In this document: piece after piece, positions 38,301 to 47,019 of the stretch
Position numbering within the stretch: the first letter of the stretch is position 1
Layout: each line of letters starts with the position of its first letter
The notes under the pieces: generated by a model
Databases searched by the model: none
The model's input: the letters and a program-made list of their open reading frames with translations, nothing else
What the model was told of the DNA's origin: nothing
Made by a program: the position numbers and the translations under genes
DNA from: a virus
Reading direction: 5' to 3' (one strand)
IMG/VR virus record: IMGVR_UViG_3300042090_002148
DNA length: 64,000 nucleotides

Positions 38301-38372
38301 CGCTACAACCGGCACCTCTACTCCCTCGAGGAAGAGACGCAGCCGGATGCGCGTGCCTACGCCCATGCTCAT
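35325..38372 (-). CDS. baseplate hub / tail-associated protein
   Basis: 1015 aa two genes downstream of the tape-measure-like gene; N-terminal RLFLEGVEVPV...LVLQCQDWSSYWD and KFNPYLACGFPALVID resemble hub folds. Confidence 0.6.
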   Translation of the reverse strand: MSMGVGTRIRLRLFLEGVEVPVVAATIQVVPNAPSVCSLQIPPLPDGTRFLPRTIVHLFFYDYETANTPFPVSAGAVNTATNQSPTAYQNQTTGSNATPSTGTNSVGDSPDIQNANYKLCFGGEIVGYQWTKNQAQRSLVLQCQDWSSYWDSAQQWNNTDLFGPGIKALFSGGSTSLFTDFLEDEGSAIIRILQSPSIQYPNLQGLLGGIVHLLESIGGSYSYGQTIAGDNVFFSLAELRLHITQMITAYEQDPTASRLLSAGYDSLLGRTLGGLGQQVTMRQAINALMGIIFHETYAQPCPFYQQPTTRPGPATRTSVRSTDAAFIATNADSNIAAIKDLQSSLFFGEGTTQQLLSSLTTLKQNCDNTANLITQQTTQPVQSAKAYYTSASRSIAQALSAASSWYPEASTAVTNAVSDPLAAALAQMQSAAGFQITNAGGTTTVPARLCQQIFRPDVWFSAPPRCNVFFPEHYDTLTYGQNFLQEPTRLLLKTNDEFFGEDELFDEFYYAPKGYTVPTGTVQTGSNELQSLLQNGILDHELFTGIIPVFEKMGELNIFGARSGTMTLGVAEHIGLAQRSTNFLYFKYRFAARQLQISGKFNPYLACGFPALVIDKYVSQEMIDTRNQLIAQNGGVSTNKIDELLGAHFLCNLTEVTHTISQSSGSTTCTGTYARQFNEGSEFLGVARPTNQVMAVSSQPASRITVVAAYSSPQVGTYGPNGGTITAVSDVTQAYKGQSLPVYQGPPIAGSTTASLNVTVGISQAASVYGANVANYIGDPTELVQFNAYRVTENVARYTQQSVQLPLEEYLRPGWYGDVWHPSLIGQAYQAFFGVGSITDQQLVQAADGSTTSTGVAQAAAQAALSTAAQATSAADPKAAAPGLLALDQQASIEQAVATLVQLYSVVKTTPGVDVDAFISGYTHRNIATMIDLFGTSDLAYDPTGQTVISGIEGFHSRSFGPYNNLFGLVTPAISNIVGIQRGTPAAQRADTRLRKQQAVQQYVSAIQSQRAILG

Positions 38373-40120
38373 GAGATGGAGATCCCTGTCGTGTTCGTGT
38401 CGCTCGTGTTGCCGTCGGGCCCTATGTAGAAGTTCTCGTCGTTCTCGGTCGGAGGCGTTGTAACAAGCGACCCCGGCGCCACGACGATGGAGAAGGCACT
38501 GGGGGAGCCGCCCACCGTGATGGATGCGCCACAGGCTGAAGTGTTCGCGCCGTACCCGAGCGAGGAGGCGAAGCCGTCCGAGGTTCCGTAGGAGGGACCC
38601 CCGGTGAACTCGTTGAGGGTGCCGGGCCCGTTCGGGCCGATGCCTCCAGAGAGACCACCCGGGATACCGCCGCCGCTCCCTGTCCCGGAGATGACCCCGC
38701 CGTTGATGGCCACGCCGTTCCCGAAGATGGGCGTCGAGCTCCCGTACGCGGTCGTCGTGTAGGTCTGACCGGACACGGTGGTCAGCGAGGTCTGTGCAGA
38801 GAGGATGGGGCTCGCGAAGACGCCGGTGAAGCCAAGCCCCCCATTTACGCCCCCTACGGTGACCCCTCCCGCAACACCGAAGGTGGGACCAGACTGCGCT
38901 GCAGCACCAATACTCACCCCAATGCTGACGCCGAAATTGGCCGAGATGCCAAGCTCGATGAAACTGTCGGGGTTGTCGAGGTCAGCTCCGTAGATGGCCA
39001 GGTTCTGTATGCTAGTGGCCCAGAAGTCAGGCGCTTCTTCAACGTCGTCACTTGGGTCAAGCGCGAGTGGGGTGTCTGGCGCCCCTGTGTACTCGTCTGT
39101 GTTGTCCGAGATGAGTCCTCGTAGAGGAAGAGTGCGCGTTCCGGCGTTAGCCAGGGCTGCCGCGGCATCTGCGAGAACACCATCAATAGAGACCGTGCCC
39201 GTGGCAGAAACTCCAGCAGCGAGAACACTGGCTAGGTCAGACGCACCGCCGAAGCCGACGCCTGTTCCCACACTGACCCCAGCACCCACGCCAATGCCCG
39301 CGCTGGCTCCCACGTTCAGGCCTACCCCGAACCCAGAAGCTCCAGGAGGAGCCTGTCCGAGCTGCTGCGCGGCACCCTGCTGGGCCATCAAGTCGATGGC
39401 GTCCTGGAGATCCTCCGCCGAGTACCCGGCGCTCGCCGTGGAGGCGGCGATCACCTGGAACGAGTCGGCGCTGGTCAGGTTCACGCTCGGAGGGAGGTCC
39501 ACACTCGAGCGGATGGGGAAGTTCGGGCTGCCGACGAAGGTAACGTTCTGGTAGTTCGTCAGGTACAGCCGGAACTGGAGCTGCACCATGAGCGGTGTGT
39601 CCGATGTCTTCCGCGCCTGCGCGTTGAGCATGTACCCCTCGACGATGTTGTCGTCGTAGAAGAGGTAGGTGCGCGCCCCGAGCTCAACGCTGCGTGTGCC
39701 ACGAAAGAACTGGTCGTAGTTCTGCCAGAACTCGGCGTACCAGTTGAAGTCGTTCGAGTCGACGAGCACAGCTTGAACGTCGAGGAAGCGCGGGCTCTCC
39801 CCGAAGAAGTAGATGTACGGCTCGCCGAAGGTCTCGACGATCTGATGCTTCTCCATCCGCGCCTCGGTGACGGACTGCAGGATGAAGTTCGTGTAGTCAG
39901 TGCTCATCCCCGTCGACGAGCTCGAGTCGTAGAGCGGGATGGGGTTGCCGCTGGCGGCCACCAGCTTGAGGATGGCGTAGGTGTCCTCCTTGATCTCGAG
40001 GCCGCGCTGTGGACGCCGCGCGTTGTTCGAGCCAGCACGCTGAGTGGATGCCGCGTTCGTGACCGCGTTGTTGAACGAGTCGACGAAGCTGTCCGTGGTG
40101 AGAGTGATGAAGACGGCCAT
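38369..40120 (-). CDS. baseplate/tail-tube-like protein with G/S/A-rich C-terminus
   Basis: FILQSVTEARMEKHQIVETFGEPYIYFFGE N-terminal domain; low-complexity tail. Confidence 0.55.
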   Translation of the reverse strand: MAVFITLTTDSFVDSFNNAVTNAASTQRAGSNNARRPQRGLEIKEDTYAILKLVAASGNPIPLYDSSSSTGMSTDYTNFILQSVTEARMEKHQIVETFGEPYIYFFGESPRFLDVQAVLVDSNDFNWYAEFWQNYDQFFRGTRSVELGARTYLFYDDNIVEGYMLNAQARKTSDTPLMVQLQFRLYLTNYQNVTFVGSPNFPIRSSVDLPPSVNLTSADSFQVIAASTASAGYSAEDLQDAIDLMAQQGAAQQLGQAPPGASGFGVGLNVGASAGIGVGAGVSVGTGVGFGGASDLASVLAAGVSATGTVSIDGVLADAAAALANAGTRTLPLRGLISDNTDEYTGAPDTPLALDPSDDVEEAPDFWATSIQNLAIYGADLDNPDSFIELGISANFGVSIGVSIGAAAQSGPTFGVAGGVTVGGVNGGLGFTGVFASPILSAQTSLTTVSGQTYTTTAYGSSTPIFGNGVAINGGVISGTGSGGGIPGGLSGGIGPNGPGTLNEFTGGPSYGTSDGFASSLGYGANTSACGASITVGGSPSAFSIVVAPGSLVTTPPTENDENFYIGPDGNTSDTNTTGISIS

Positions 40121-40127
40121 GGCAACC

Positions 40128-40397
40128 TCAGATGACGACGTTCGACTTGATCAGGTTGTCGAGCACGCTGCGAGGGGGAGGTGTCCCGTTGTACTGCTCT
40201 CCGACCTTCAGCGCGAACGCTTCCGCTTTCACCAGCATGAGGTAGGGATCCTCGACCACGATCTGGTCATGCAAGACGTAGGTGTAGAGCCGCCCGTTCT
40301 TGCGGATGGTGAGCGTGACCTCCTGCCTGCAGGGGCTGCAGCCCGGAGGAATCGAGAACGGAAGGTCGCCCTCAACGAACAGCAGGGACTTCGCCAT
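40128..40397 (-). CDS. hypothetical protein (tail module)
   Basis: 89 aa, TGATG coupling to the tape-measure-like gene. Confidence 0.65.
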   Translation of the reverse strand: MAKSLLFVEGDLPFSIPPGCSPCRQEVTLTIRKNGRLYTYVLHDQIVVEDPYLMLVKAEAFALKVGEQYNGTPPPRSVLDNLIKSNVVI

Positions 40398-43300
40398 CAG
40401 GGAGTCCTCCCCTTGTTGGGGGCGTTGTGAAAAGAACCACCGCCCCCGCCAGTGTCTTCGGCACTACCGGCTTGTGCCTTGTCGTTGAGTTCCGAGATCT
40501 CAGACGCAGTCATGCCCTGGAACTTCAACATCTTCTCCAGGATGCTCGTCTGCTTCTTCGCTTCTCGTACAGCTGGGTTCTGATCTTCCTGTTCATCCTG
40601 TTTCTTCTTCTGCTGATCCTGGACCGCCTGGTCTCCCTGGATGCTTTCGTAGGCGAGGGCACCCTCTGCGACGTTCTTCCCCTTGATGGCGCCCGTGAGC
40701 CGGTGGATCTTGCTCTGCAGAGCTTCCTTGGCGCCCTCGCTGATGTCCTTGCCACCCAGCTGCTCCAGCATGAAGGCTTCGAGGCGCTTCTGGCTCGACT
40801 CGTCCTTCAGGTTCATGGTCTTCATGTCCTCCTTCGACAAGGAGAGACCAAGACCCCCGAGGGCTGTCTGGGTGAGGTTGCCTCGCTTCAGCCCACGGGC
40901 GATACGCTTCTCATCCGCGTTGATGGTGGCCATCGTGCTTCCGAGCTCGGTGCCGGCGGCGTTGGTGGCGATCTTCGCGCGCTCCTTCTCGGAGAGATTC
41001 GCGAGAGCCTCGATGCCCATCCGCTGCTTCTCTCCGATGCCGCGGCGTTCCTGCTCCGTGCCGCTGTACGAAGCCTCGAGCCCCAGGGACTGCTGCATGA
41101 TCTCTACGGCAGCCGCCCCCTCCTTGCTGAGGCCCTCGACGAGCTTGCTCTTGCCTGTCTTCGGATCGATCTCGGTGAGCCCGAGGTCCTTCATCTTCTT
41201 CTGCTCGCCCTTCGCGCGGGTGCGCACACGCAGGGCTTCCTCGCGGTTCACCTCGGAGTTCTGGCTGCGTGCAGCCTCGAGGGTCACGTTGTACGCCGCG
41301 TCGAGCTTCTCCTTGGTGTCGATGCCGTAGGAACCGTACGTGTCGGTGAGCTTCTTGAGCTCCTCTTCGGGGATCTTGCCATCGGGGTACTTCCCCTTCA
41401 GCTTCATGTACTCCTGCGCAGCGAGCTGCGTCGCGATACCCGTGGCTCGCCCGCTCGTTTCCTGGTGCGACTGCTGCAGGTCCATGAGCTCGTTCTGCAT
41501 CTTGATCTGCGTGTCGATTGCGGCCTTCTTACCGCTCCCTCCGAACAGATCGAAGGCACGCGACTGCGCCTCATCCGAGGTCATGTACTTGCCGAACGCA
41601 CCCCGCTTCGCATCGTCGCCGCTGATGGAGGACTGCAGCTTGCCCCCGAGCCAAGCGCCAGCCATCGCAGCGACGGGCATCCCCATTCCCAGGACTCCAC
41701 CAGCCACACCACCCAGTGTCCGTCCCAGGGTCTGATTCTGTGAGCCGTACAGCTTGTCGGCGAAGTCCTTCTCGCGTTGACCGGGAGCGAAGCCTCCCCC
41801 TCCCGTACCTCCCTCGGGAGTGGCGGAGTTCGCGGAGAGCAGGGACTTGTCCGAGATGCCGAGCTGCTGCTCGAGGGTGTTGACCGAGGCGGCCTGTTCA
41901 CCGGCCCCCTTGCCGAAGTTCGCGAGCATGTTCTGCGCGCTCTTGTTGCCCGCCTTGGCTTGCTCCTCGAGGACGTTCTTCACTGCCTCCACGCGTGCCT
42001 GGCCGCTCAGTCCGGCCATCTTGCCCACGTACTCCCGGCGCAACGTGGCCGTGAGGTCCCCATCGGCCTCCCCGAGCTTGTCGTTGAGCCGCTGCGCTCC
42101 CTCCGCGGTCTGACTCGCCTCGAGAAGCGACTTCTGCAGGTCCGCCTGGCTCCCCTCCTTGATGTTGTAGCCGGCCTCCTTGTACTTCTGGGCCATCGTC
42201 TTGCCGTAGATGAGCGAGCCCTCGGTGTAGCCCATGGCCTGGCGCAGCTTCTCGCCGCTACCCCCGAAGAAGTCGCGCGTCGACATCGAGGCCTGCTTGG
42301 CGGGGTCTCCGCTGCCGAAAGGACTGGCCCCTCCACCCATCGTCAGCGCGACCTCACGGTCGTTGCCGCCCCACTTCATGTTCCGGAAGGCGTTGTCAGC
42401 CTTCTCGGTCATCACGTGCTCGTAGGTGCCGGTCATCTTGTTGATCCAGCGGTCTAGTGCTTCGGAGCCGGAGTTGAAGAGGTTCTGCCCGGCCTCCTGC
42501 ATCTTGCCGTTGATGCGCTCCTGGGCCTGCTTGAACCGCTGCTCCACGCCCTCGATGCCCTGCTGCTTGTGCTCCTGGGCGATCTTCTGGAGGTAGCTGT
42601 CGTCCTGCTGGGAGGCCTGCATCCGGCGTGCGATCTGCGGCAGCGCGTTGGCCATCTTCACGGCCTGGTCGACCTCGTCTCGCCCCATCCCGAGCTGACG
42701 CTGGGCGAAGAGCATGGAGCGGTCGTCCATGTTGTTGATGTCGACGCCCTTCGACTCGGCCCACTCCTTCAGCTGCAGGGCAGGGAGGAACCCTCCGATG
42801 CGCTCGAGAGCGGCACCACGGAGGCGCCCCTCGTTTCGGATGAAGTTCGCACGGCCCACCGTGGTCTTCATCTTGTTGTCCCGGCGCATCGTCTCCCCGA
42901 TGTCCATCCCGCCGGCGAGGAGCTCCTGCACCCCCTCCTCATCGAGCGTGCCGTTCTTGCCGGCGATGGCGGCCAGAGTACGACGACCACGACCCGACTG
43001 GAGGAAGCTCCCAGCCTTCTGCATCGAGCTCGCGGCGTAGGCCTGCCGTCCTTCGGCCCCCGTCAGCCCGGTCACGTTGTAGATGTCCTCCTCGGAGAGC
43101 ACCCCCATCTGCTGCGCGGTGCCGATCTGGCCGATGGTGCGGATGCCAGCCCCCGCGCCCTGCTTCCCGAGCCCTCCGATGGAGCGCGCAATCTGGCTGC
43201 CGATGCTGGCGGCTCCCGTCACCTCACTCACGGCGAGCCCGCCGGCGACGGCGGACCCACGGACGGAGCCCGTGAACTTCGCCATGTTGCCCATGCCGAA

Positions 43301-44041
43301 GACACCGGAGCCCTTGGCGGCCTGCGCGAACTCCATCGCCCCCTCGAGCGTGGTCCCCAGGTCCTTGGCCATCCCCTTCAGGGTGGTGACCATTTCCTTG
43401 AACTTCGCGGAGAACTCCTTCACATCGCGCACCCCCTGCGCGAAGCCCATCGTTCCCATCTTTCCGGCCAGGCTGGTGAGCTCCTTGAAGCCGGTGATCT
43501 CCCCGCCAGGGCCGAACTGCCCGCTCATGTCGCGGACCATCGACCCGATCTCGGTCATGTCCGCGCGCTGGAAGCCTTGCCCACCGGCGCTGTTCCGGAA
43601 GTTGAAGCTGCTGCGGAGGGTCTGGTTCAGGTTCGACTGCTGGCTCGCCCCCTCCATCATCTGTGAGCCGGCGTACTTCGCTGCCCCCATGCCCGCCATC
43701 AGGGGGAGCGCGACGCCGGCGCCCACACCGATGGCTCCTGCCATGCCCATCCCGGACGCCGAGGCCAGCCCTCCGGCCTTCAGCCCGATGGAGAAGGGGT
43801 CGAGGCCCATCAGGCTCATCCCCGCCGCGGCGAGCGGCACCCCGATGCCTGCCGCGCGGTTCATCCCCCGGGACATGAGCTGGTCGCCCTGCATTCCCGA
43901 GCCCATCGACCCGCCCATCATCGGGCCACCGCCGCCGTAGATGTTCCCCTGGCTCATCTGCGCGGCGAACTGCGCCTGCTGGGAGTACTGCTGCTGATAG
44001 GCGCCGTTGAGCTGGGCGATCTCGCTCGAAGAGATGGGCAT
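40397..44041 (-). CDS. tape-measure-like protein
   Basis: 1214 aa, helical A/G/K/E/M-rich, two glycine-rich hydrophobic segments, upstream of baseplate genes. Confidence 0.7.
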   Translation of the reverse strand: MPISSSEIAQLNGAYQQQYSQQAQFAAQMSQGNIYGGGGPMMGGSMGSGMQGDQLMSRGMNRAAGIGVPLAAAGMSLMGLDPFSIGLKAGGLASASGMGMAGAIGVGAGVALPLMAGMGAAKYAGSQMMEGASQQSNLNQTLRSSFNFRNSAGGQGFQRADMTEIGSMVRDMSGQFGPGGEITGFKELTSLAGKMGTMGFAQGVRDVKEFSAKFKEMVTTLKGMAKDLGTTLEGAMEFAQAAKGSGVFGMGNMAKFTGSVRGSAVAGGLAVSEVTGAASIGSQIARSIGGLGKQGAGAGIRTIGQIGTAQQMGVLSEEDIYNVTGLTGAEGRQAYAASSMQKAGSFLQSGRGRRTLAAIAGKNGTLDEEGVQELLAGGMDIGETMRRDNKMKTTVGRANFIRNEGRLRGAALERIGGFLPALQLKEWAESKGVDINNMDDRSMLFAQRQLGMGRDEVDQAVKMANALPQIARRMQASQQDDSYLQKIAQEHKQQGIEGVEQRFKQAQERINGKMQEAGQNLFNSGSEALDRWINKMTGTYEHVMTEKADNAFRNMKWGGNDREVALTMGGGASPFGSGDPAKQASMSTRDFFGGSGEKLRQAMGYTEGSLIYGKTMAQKYKEAGYNIKEGSQADLQKSLLEASQTAEGAQRLNDKLGEADGDLTATLRREYVGKMAGLSGQARVEAVKNVLEEQAKAGNKSAQNMLANFGKGAGEQAASVNTLEQQLGISDKSLLSANSATPEGGTGGGGFAPGQREKDFADKLYGSQNQTLGRTLGGVAGGVLGMGMPVAAMAGAWLGGKLQSSISGDDAKRGAFGKYMTSDEAQSRAFDLFGGSGKKAAIDTQIKMQNELMDLQQSHQETSGRATGIATQLAAQEYMKLKGKYPDGKIPEEELKKLTDTYGSYGIDTKEKLDAAYNVTLEAARSQNSEVNREEALRVRTRAKGEQKKMKDLGLTEIDPKTGKSKLVEGLSKEGAAAVEIMQQSLGLEASYSGTEQERRGIGEKQRMGIEALANLSEKERAKIATNAAGTELGSTMATINADEKRIARGLKRGNLTQTALGGLGLSLSKEDMKTMNLKDESSQKRLEAFMLEQLGGKDISEGAKEALQSKIHRLTGAIKGKNVAEGALAYESIQGDQAVQDQQKKKQDEQEDQNPAVREAKKQTSILEKMLKFQGMTASEISELNDKAQAGSAEDTGGGGGSFHNAPNKGRTP

Positions 44042-44169
44042 CGGGAACGCGCCTCTACAGGGTGGGGCTCAGCTTACCACGCAGCGCACCCCGCCACAGG
44101 GGGTCAATTCGGCAGCAATTCCAGGGACAAGAAGCATGAGACAATCGTGTCTTTAGCTGGAGGGTCATC

Positions 44170-44904
44170 ATGAACATCGTCAAAGCGACACTGCTCCTTG
44201 TTGTAACAACGCTCGTTGGCTGCTCTGGCGCGCCGACCAGCACCGTAGAACCGGACGGACTCACCCTGAGCCCGTCGAACTGCAACATCCAGTCGATCGA
44301 GGCTGGCGTGAAGGGCGGATCCACGACGGACACGGGGAAGACCGGCGCCACGGGACCCCAAGGCCCTGCCGGACCGGCTGGTCCCCAGGGTCCTGCGGGT
44401 CCTCAAGGCCCTGCCGGACCCACGGGTGCCGCCGGCGCGACCGGGGCAACTGGACCTGCGGGTGCAGCTGGAGCTCAGGGCCCCGCCGGCGCGAGTGTCC
44501 AGGGTCCTGCTGGACCTGCTGGTCCGCAAGGTCCCGCCGGTCCCCAGGGGCCCGCCGGGATGAGCGTGCAGGGTCCGGCTGGTCCTGCGGGCCCTGCCGG
44601 TACCCCCGGCGCTCTGACCGACCGCGCGCAGCTCTACACTGTGAAGAGCTCGGTCGTGGGCGTGAACTACAACGGCAACCCCCTCGAGCCCACGCCGGCG
44701 ACGGCGAGTTGCCTGGCGGAGACAGACATCCTGCTCATGGGCTGGTGCGTTCCGACCCTCCTGCAGGGCTCGGGACAGTACTGGTACGGGGTGGGCCTCA
44801 ACACGGCCGGCAACCCGATGGCCTGGGAGTGCAACGGAGTGAACAACGACAACCCGTCGACGTTCAACCTCCAGGCATTCGCGACCTGTATCGCGGTGCC
44901 GTGA
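44170..44904 (+). CDS. collagen-like lipoprotein
   Basis: [18 protein letters not shown] lipobox; 30 Gly-X-Y triplets in three blocks; Cys-containing C-terminal domain. Confidence 0.85.
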   Translation: MNIVKATLLLVVTTLVGCSGAPTSTVEPDGLTLSPSNCNIQSIEAGVKGGSTTDTGKTGATGPQGPAGPAGPQGPAGPQGPAGPTGAAGATGATGPAGAAGAQGPAGASVQGPAGPAGPQGPAGPQGPAGMSVQGPAGPAGPAGTPGALTDRAQLYTVKSSVVGVNYNGNPLEPTPATASCLAETDILLMGWCVPTLLQGSGQYWYGVGLNTAGNPMAWECNGVNNDNPSTFNLQAFATCIAVP

Positions 44905-44990
44905 GGGGAGGAAGGCGCAAGCCTTCTTCTTAGCCTTCAGGCTCAATTCTTCGGTCATTCCGGAGAAAAGAGTTGTGGAGGTACATTCAC

Positions 44991-45389
44991 ATGGAAACCG
45001 TACAGAACGACTCACAGCTCACCAGACTGCAGGCACTGAGGAACGAGCTGGCCGCGATGACCCCTGCTCAGCGCGGGTTCGTCAAAGGCGACATCACGGA
45101 AGACACCCTTCTCTTCGCGGACGGACCCGCAACCAGGTCCCAGCTCAGGGAGCAGGAACGCCGGCTGGTGGCGACGTTCGAGTCTCGGCTGAACGACACG
45201 AAGCACAAGGTCGAGGTCCACGACATCGATCTCAGCGCCCAGGCCCGCAGCATCGACACCCTCGCAGCCAGGGTTCGCAGGCTCGAGAACGGGGCACCCA
45301 TCGCAGAGATCGCGGTGGCTGGACTCCTCGTTGTGGCGTTCACGTCCCTCATCGTCGCTGTCGCAAGCGCCGCCGCCGAGCCGGCGTGA
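44991..45389 (+). CDS. coiled-coil protein with C-terminal transmembrane helix
   Basis: promoter motif, GGAGG SD; IAVAGLLVVAFTSLIVAV. Confidence 0.7.
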   Translation: METVQNDSQLTRLQALRNELAAMTPAQRGFVKGDITEDTLLFADGPATRSQLREQERRLVATFESRLNDTKHKVEVHDIDLSAQARSIDTLAARVRRLENGAPIAEIAVAGLLVVAFTSLIVAVASAAAEPA

Positions 45390-45487
45390 TGCGAGCAGAA
45401 GGAGCTCCCCGCAAGGGGATGTTCTCCTTCTGCTAGCCCTCAATTCTCCGCTCTTTTCGGAGACAAGGAGGATGGAAGGAGAAGCAC

Positions 45488-45703
45488 ATGTTCATCGTCA
45501 TACCGCTCATCGCGGGGGCCTACGCCCTCACCGTCTCTGCAAAGGCCGCCAGCTCCGACGCGGTCAAGAGGATACTTCCACGGCATCCCATGACCATCGC
45601 GGTCGTGGACCCATCCGACGGGGCCGTCATCGAACACTGCACCAAGGAGATGGGGATCGTGGAGAGTGACAGCCTGGCTGCCTGCTTGGAGGAGATGTCA
45701 TGA
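45488..45703 (+). CDS. hypothetical protein
   Basis: promoter motif plus SD; hydrophobic N-terminus. Confidence 0.6.
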   Translation: MFIVIPLIAGAYALTVSAKAASSDAVKRILPRHPMTIAVVDPSDGAVIEHCTKEMGIVESDSLAACLEEMS

Positions 45704-46383
45704 AGGAGACGTTCCAGGAGCAGCTCGCCAGACAGATCGGTTTCATCAACAGGAACAAGCCACCGGTCATGGTGGACGTCATCGTTCAGGGCAGAGTCGA
45801 GACCGTGAGTCTCAACGGATGCGCCAACATCGACGAGTATAACCACTACGCCGACTTCATGAACGCAGCCATCGCGGCGGCGGGTGGCTCCATGAGTGCT
45901 CAGGAAAGCAATGCCTGCACACGCGAGTACAACAGGATCTTCGGTCGGGCGGTGCACATGCTGCCCGAGACCGAGCAAAAACCCTCAGATTCCGGAGATA
46001 AGGATCACGAGGGTAACAACACCACTCACCAACCCAAGCTGGAGGACATTCACATGAACGCGACCACCGACACGTCCACGTCTTCGACCGCCAACGCCAC
46101 CCGCATCGCCCAGCTCGAGGCCGAGCTCATCGCGCTGACCGGCGCGACGCCCCTCCCGGCCGACCCGCTGGAGAAGGCGGTGATCTACCTGCGCTCCGTC
46201 GAGAGCAACATGCACCACACCAGGACGGACATGCACCACCTCGCCGCGAAGCTCACGGCGAAGAAGACCTACACCGACCACGGCATCGAGGTCGCCAAGG
46301 TCGCCGGCGGCGTCGCGCTGGGCCTCGGCCTGGCGTTCGGCATCAAGGCCGGCGTGGAGTACCTGTTCATCAAGCCGGTGTGA
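45700..46383 (+). CDS. hypothetical protein with nested in-frame product from 46054
   Basis: internal promoter motif and GGAGG before ATG 46054; C-terminal TM helix. Confidence 0.65.
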   Translation: MKETFQEQLARQIGFINRNKPPVMVDVIVQGRVETVSLNGCANIDEYNHYADFMNAAIAAAGGSMSAQESNACTREYNRIFGRAVHMLPETEQKPSDSGDKDHEGNNTTHQPKLEDIHMNATTDTSTSSTANATRIAQLEAELIALTGATPLPADPLEKAVIYLRSVESNMHHTRTDMHHLAAKLTAKKTYTDHGIEVAKVAGGVALGLGLAFGIKAGVEYLFIKPV

Positions 46384-46687
46384 CAATCGGCTGACGAACA
46401 GAAGAAGCGCCGCCCCGCGAGGGCTGGCGCTTCTTCCTTAGCCCGGGTCTGCAAAGTCCCGTCAGAATGAGGGACAAGAAGTATGGAGCCCTGCTTCTCC
46501 CTCCAGCGGCAGTGTTGCTCGGCGGCGCGTACTCCCGGTGCATGGGGTACGCGCCGCTTCTTTTAGCTCTCCGACTGTATCGGTTCTGCTTCTCCCGTCG
46601 ACCGGTTGTAACGAGAAGACATGCACAAAAGTAGTTGCTCCGTGGCAGTACACGCCGTACTCTTCTAAAAGAAAGGAGGACTACCCC

Positions 46688-46969
46688 ATGGATCTCGAAC
46701 CCACTCTGTTTCCCAACCCGATGTACGAGACCGCTAACGAGGCGGTTCTCTACTGTCTCTCCCACCTGCAGAAGAACGGCCACGCCGCATCGACTGCAAG
46801 CCTCAACGGGCTCCCCCCGGTGAGCGAGGCAGTGGTAGGCCGCGTTGTGTTCCAGCGCCTCACCGCGCTGCGACCGCACGTCAAGGCCGTCTCAAAGCAC
46901 TACATCGACATCGCTCTCGACGCGCTCGGCCGCGCCCTGGAGATGCCGGAAACACGCGCCGTAGCCTGA
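46688..46969 (+). CDS. hypothetical protein
   Basis: AAAGGAGG SD then ATG 46688. Confidence 0.7.
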   Translation: MDLEPTLFPNPMYETANEAVLYCLSHLQKNGHAASTASLNGLPPVSEAVVGRVVFQRLTALRPHVKAVSKHYIDIALDALGRALEMPETRAVA

Positions 46970-47019
46970 CCTGCAAAGGTCTTTTTGCAGATCGTCTCGC
47001 CTAATAGTAAGGTTATGAG

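Noticed and set aside
44070-44107. TTGACC...TAAGCT as promoter for the tape measure gene
   Set aside because: Spacer is about 25 nt, incompatible with sigma70; the TCAA belongs to the opposite-strand motif.
44330-44620. Tandem GC-rich repeats resembling an array
   Set aside because: They are the Gly-X-Y codons of the collagen domain; no spacers or cas genes. No CRISPR array seen in the window.
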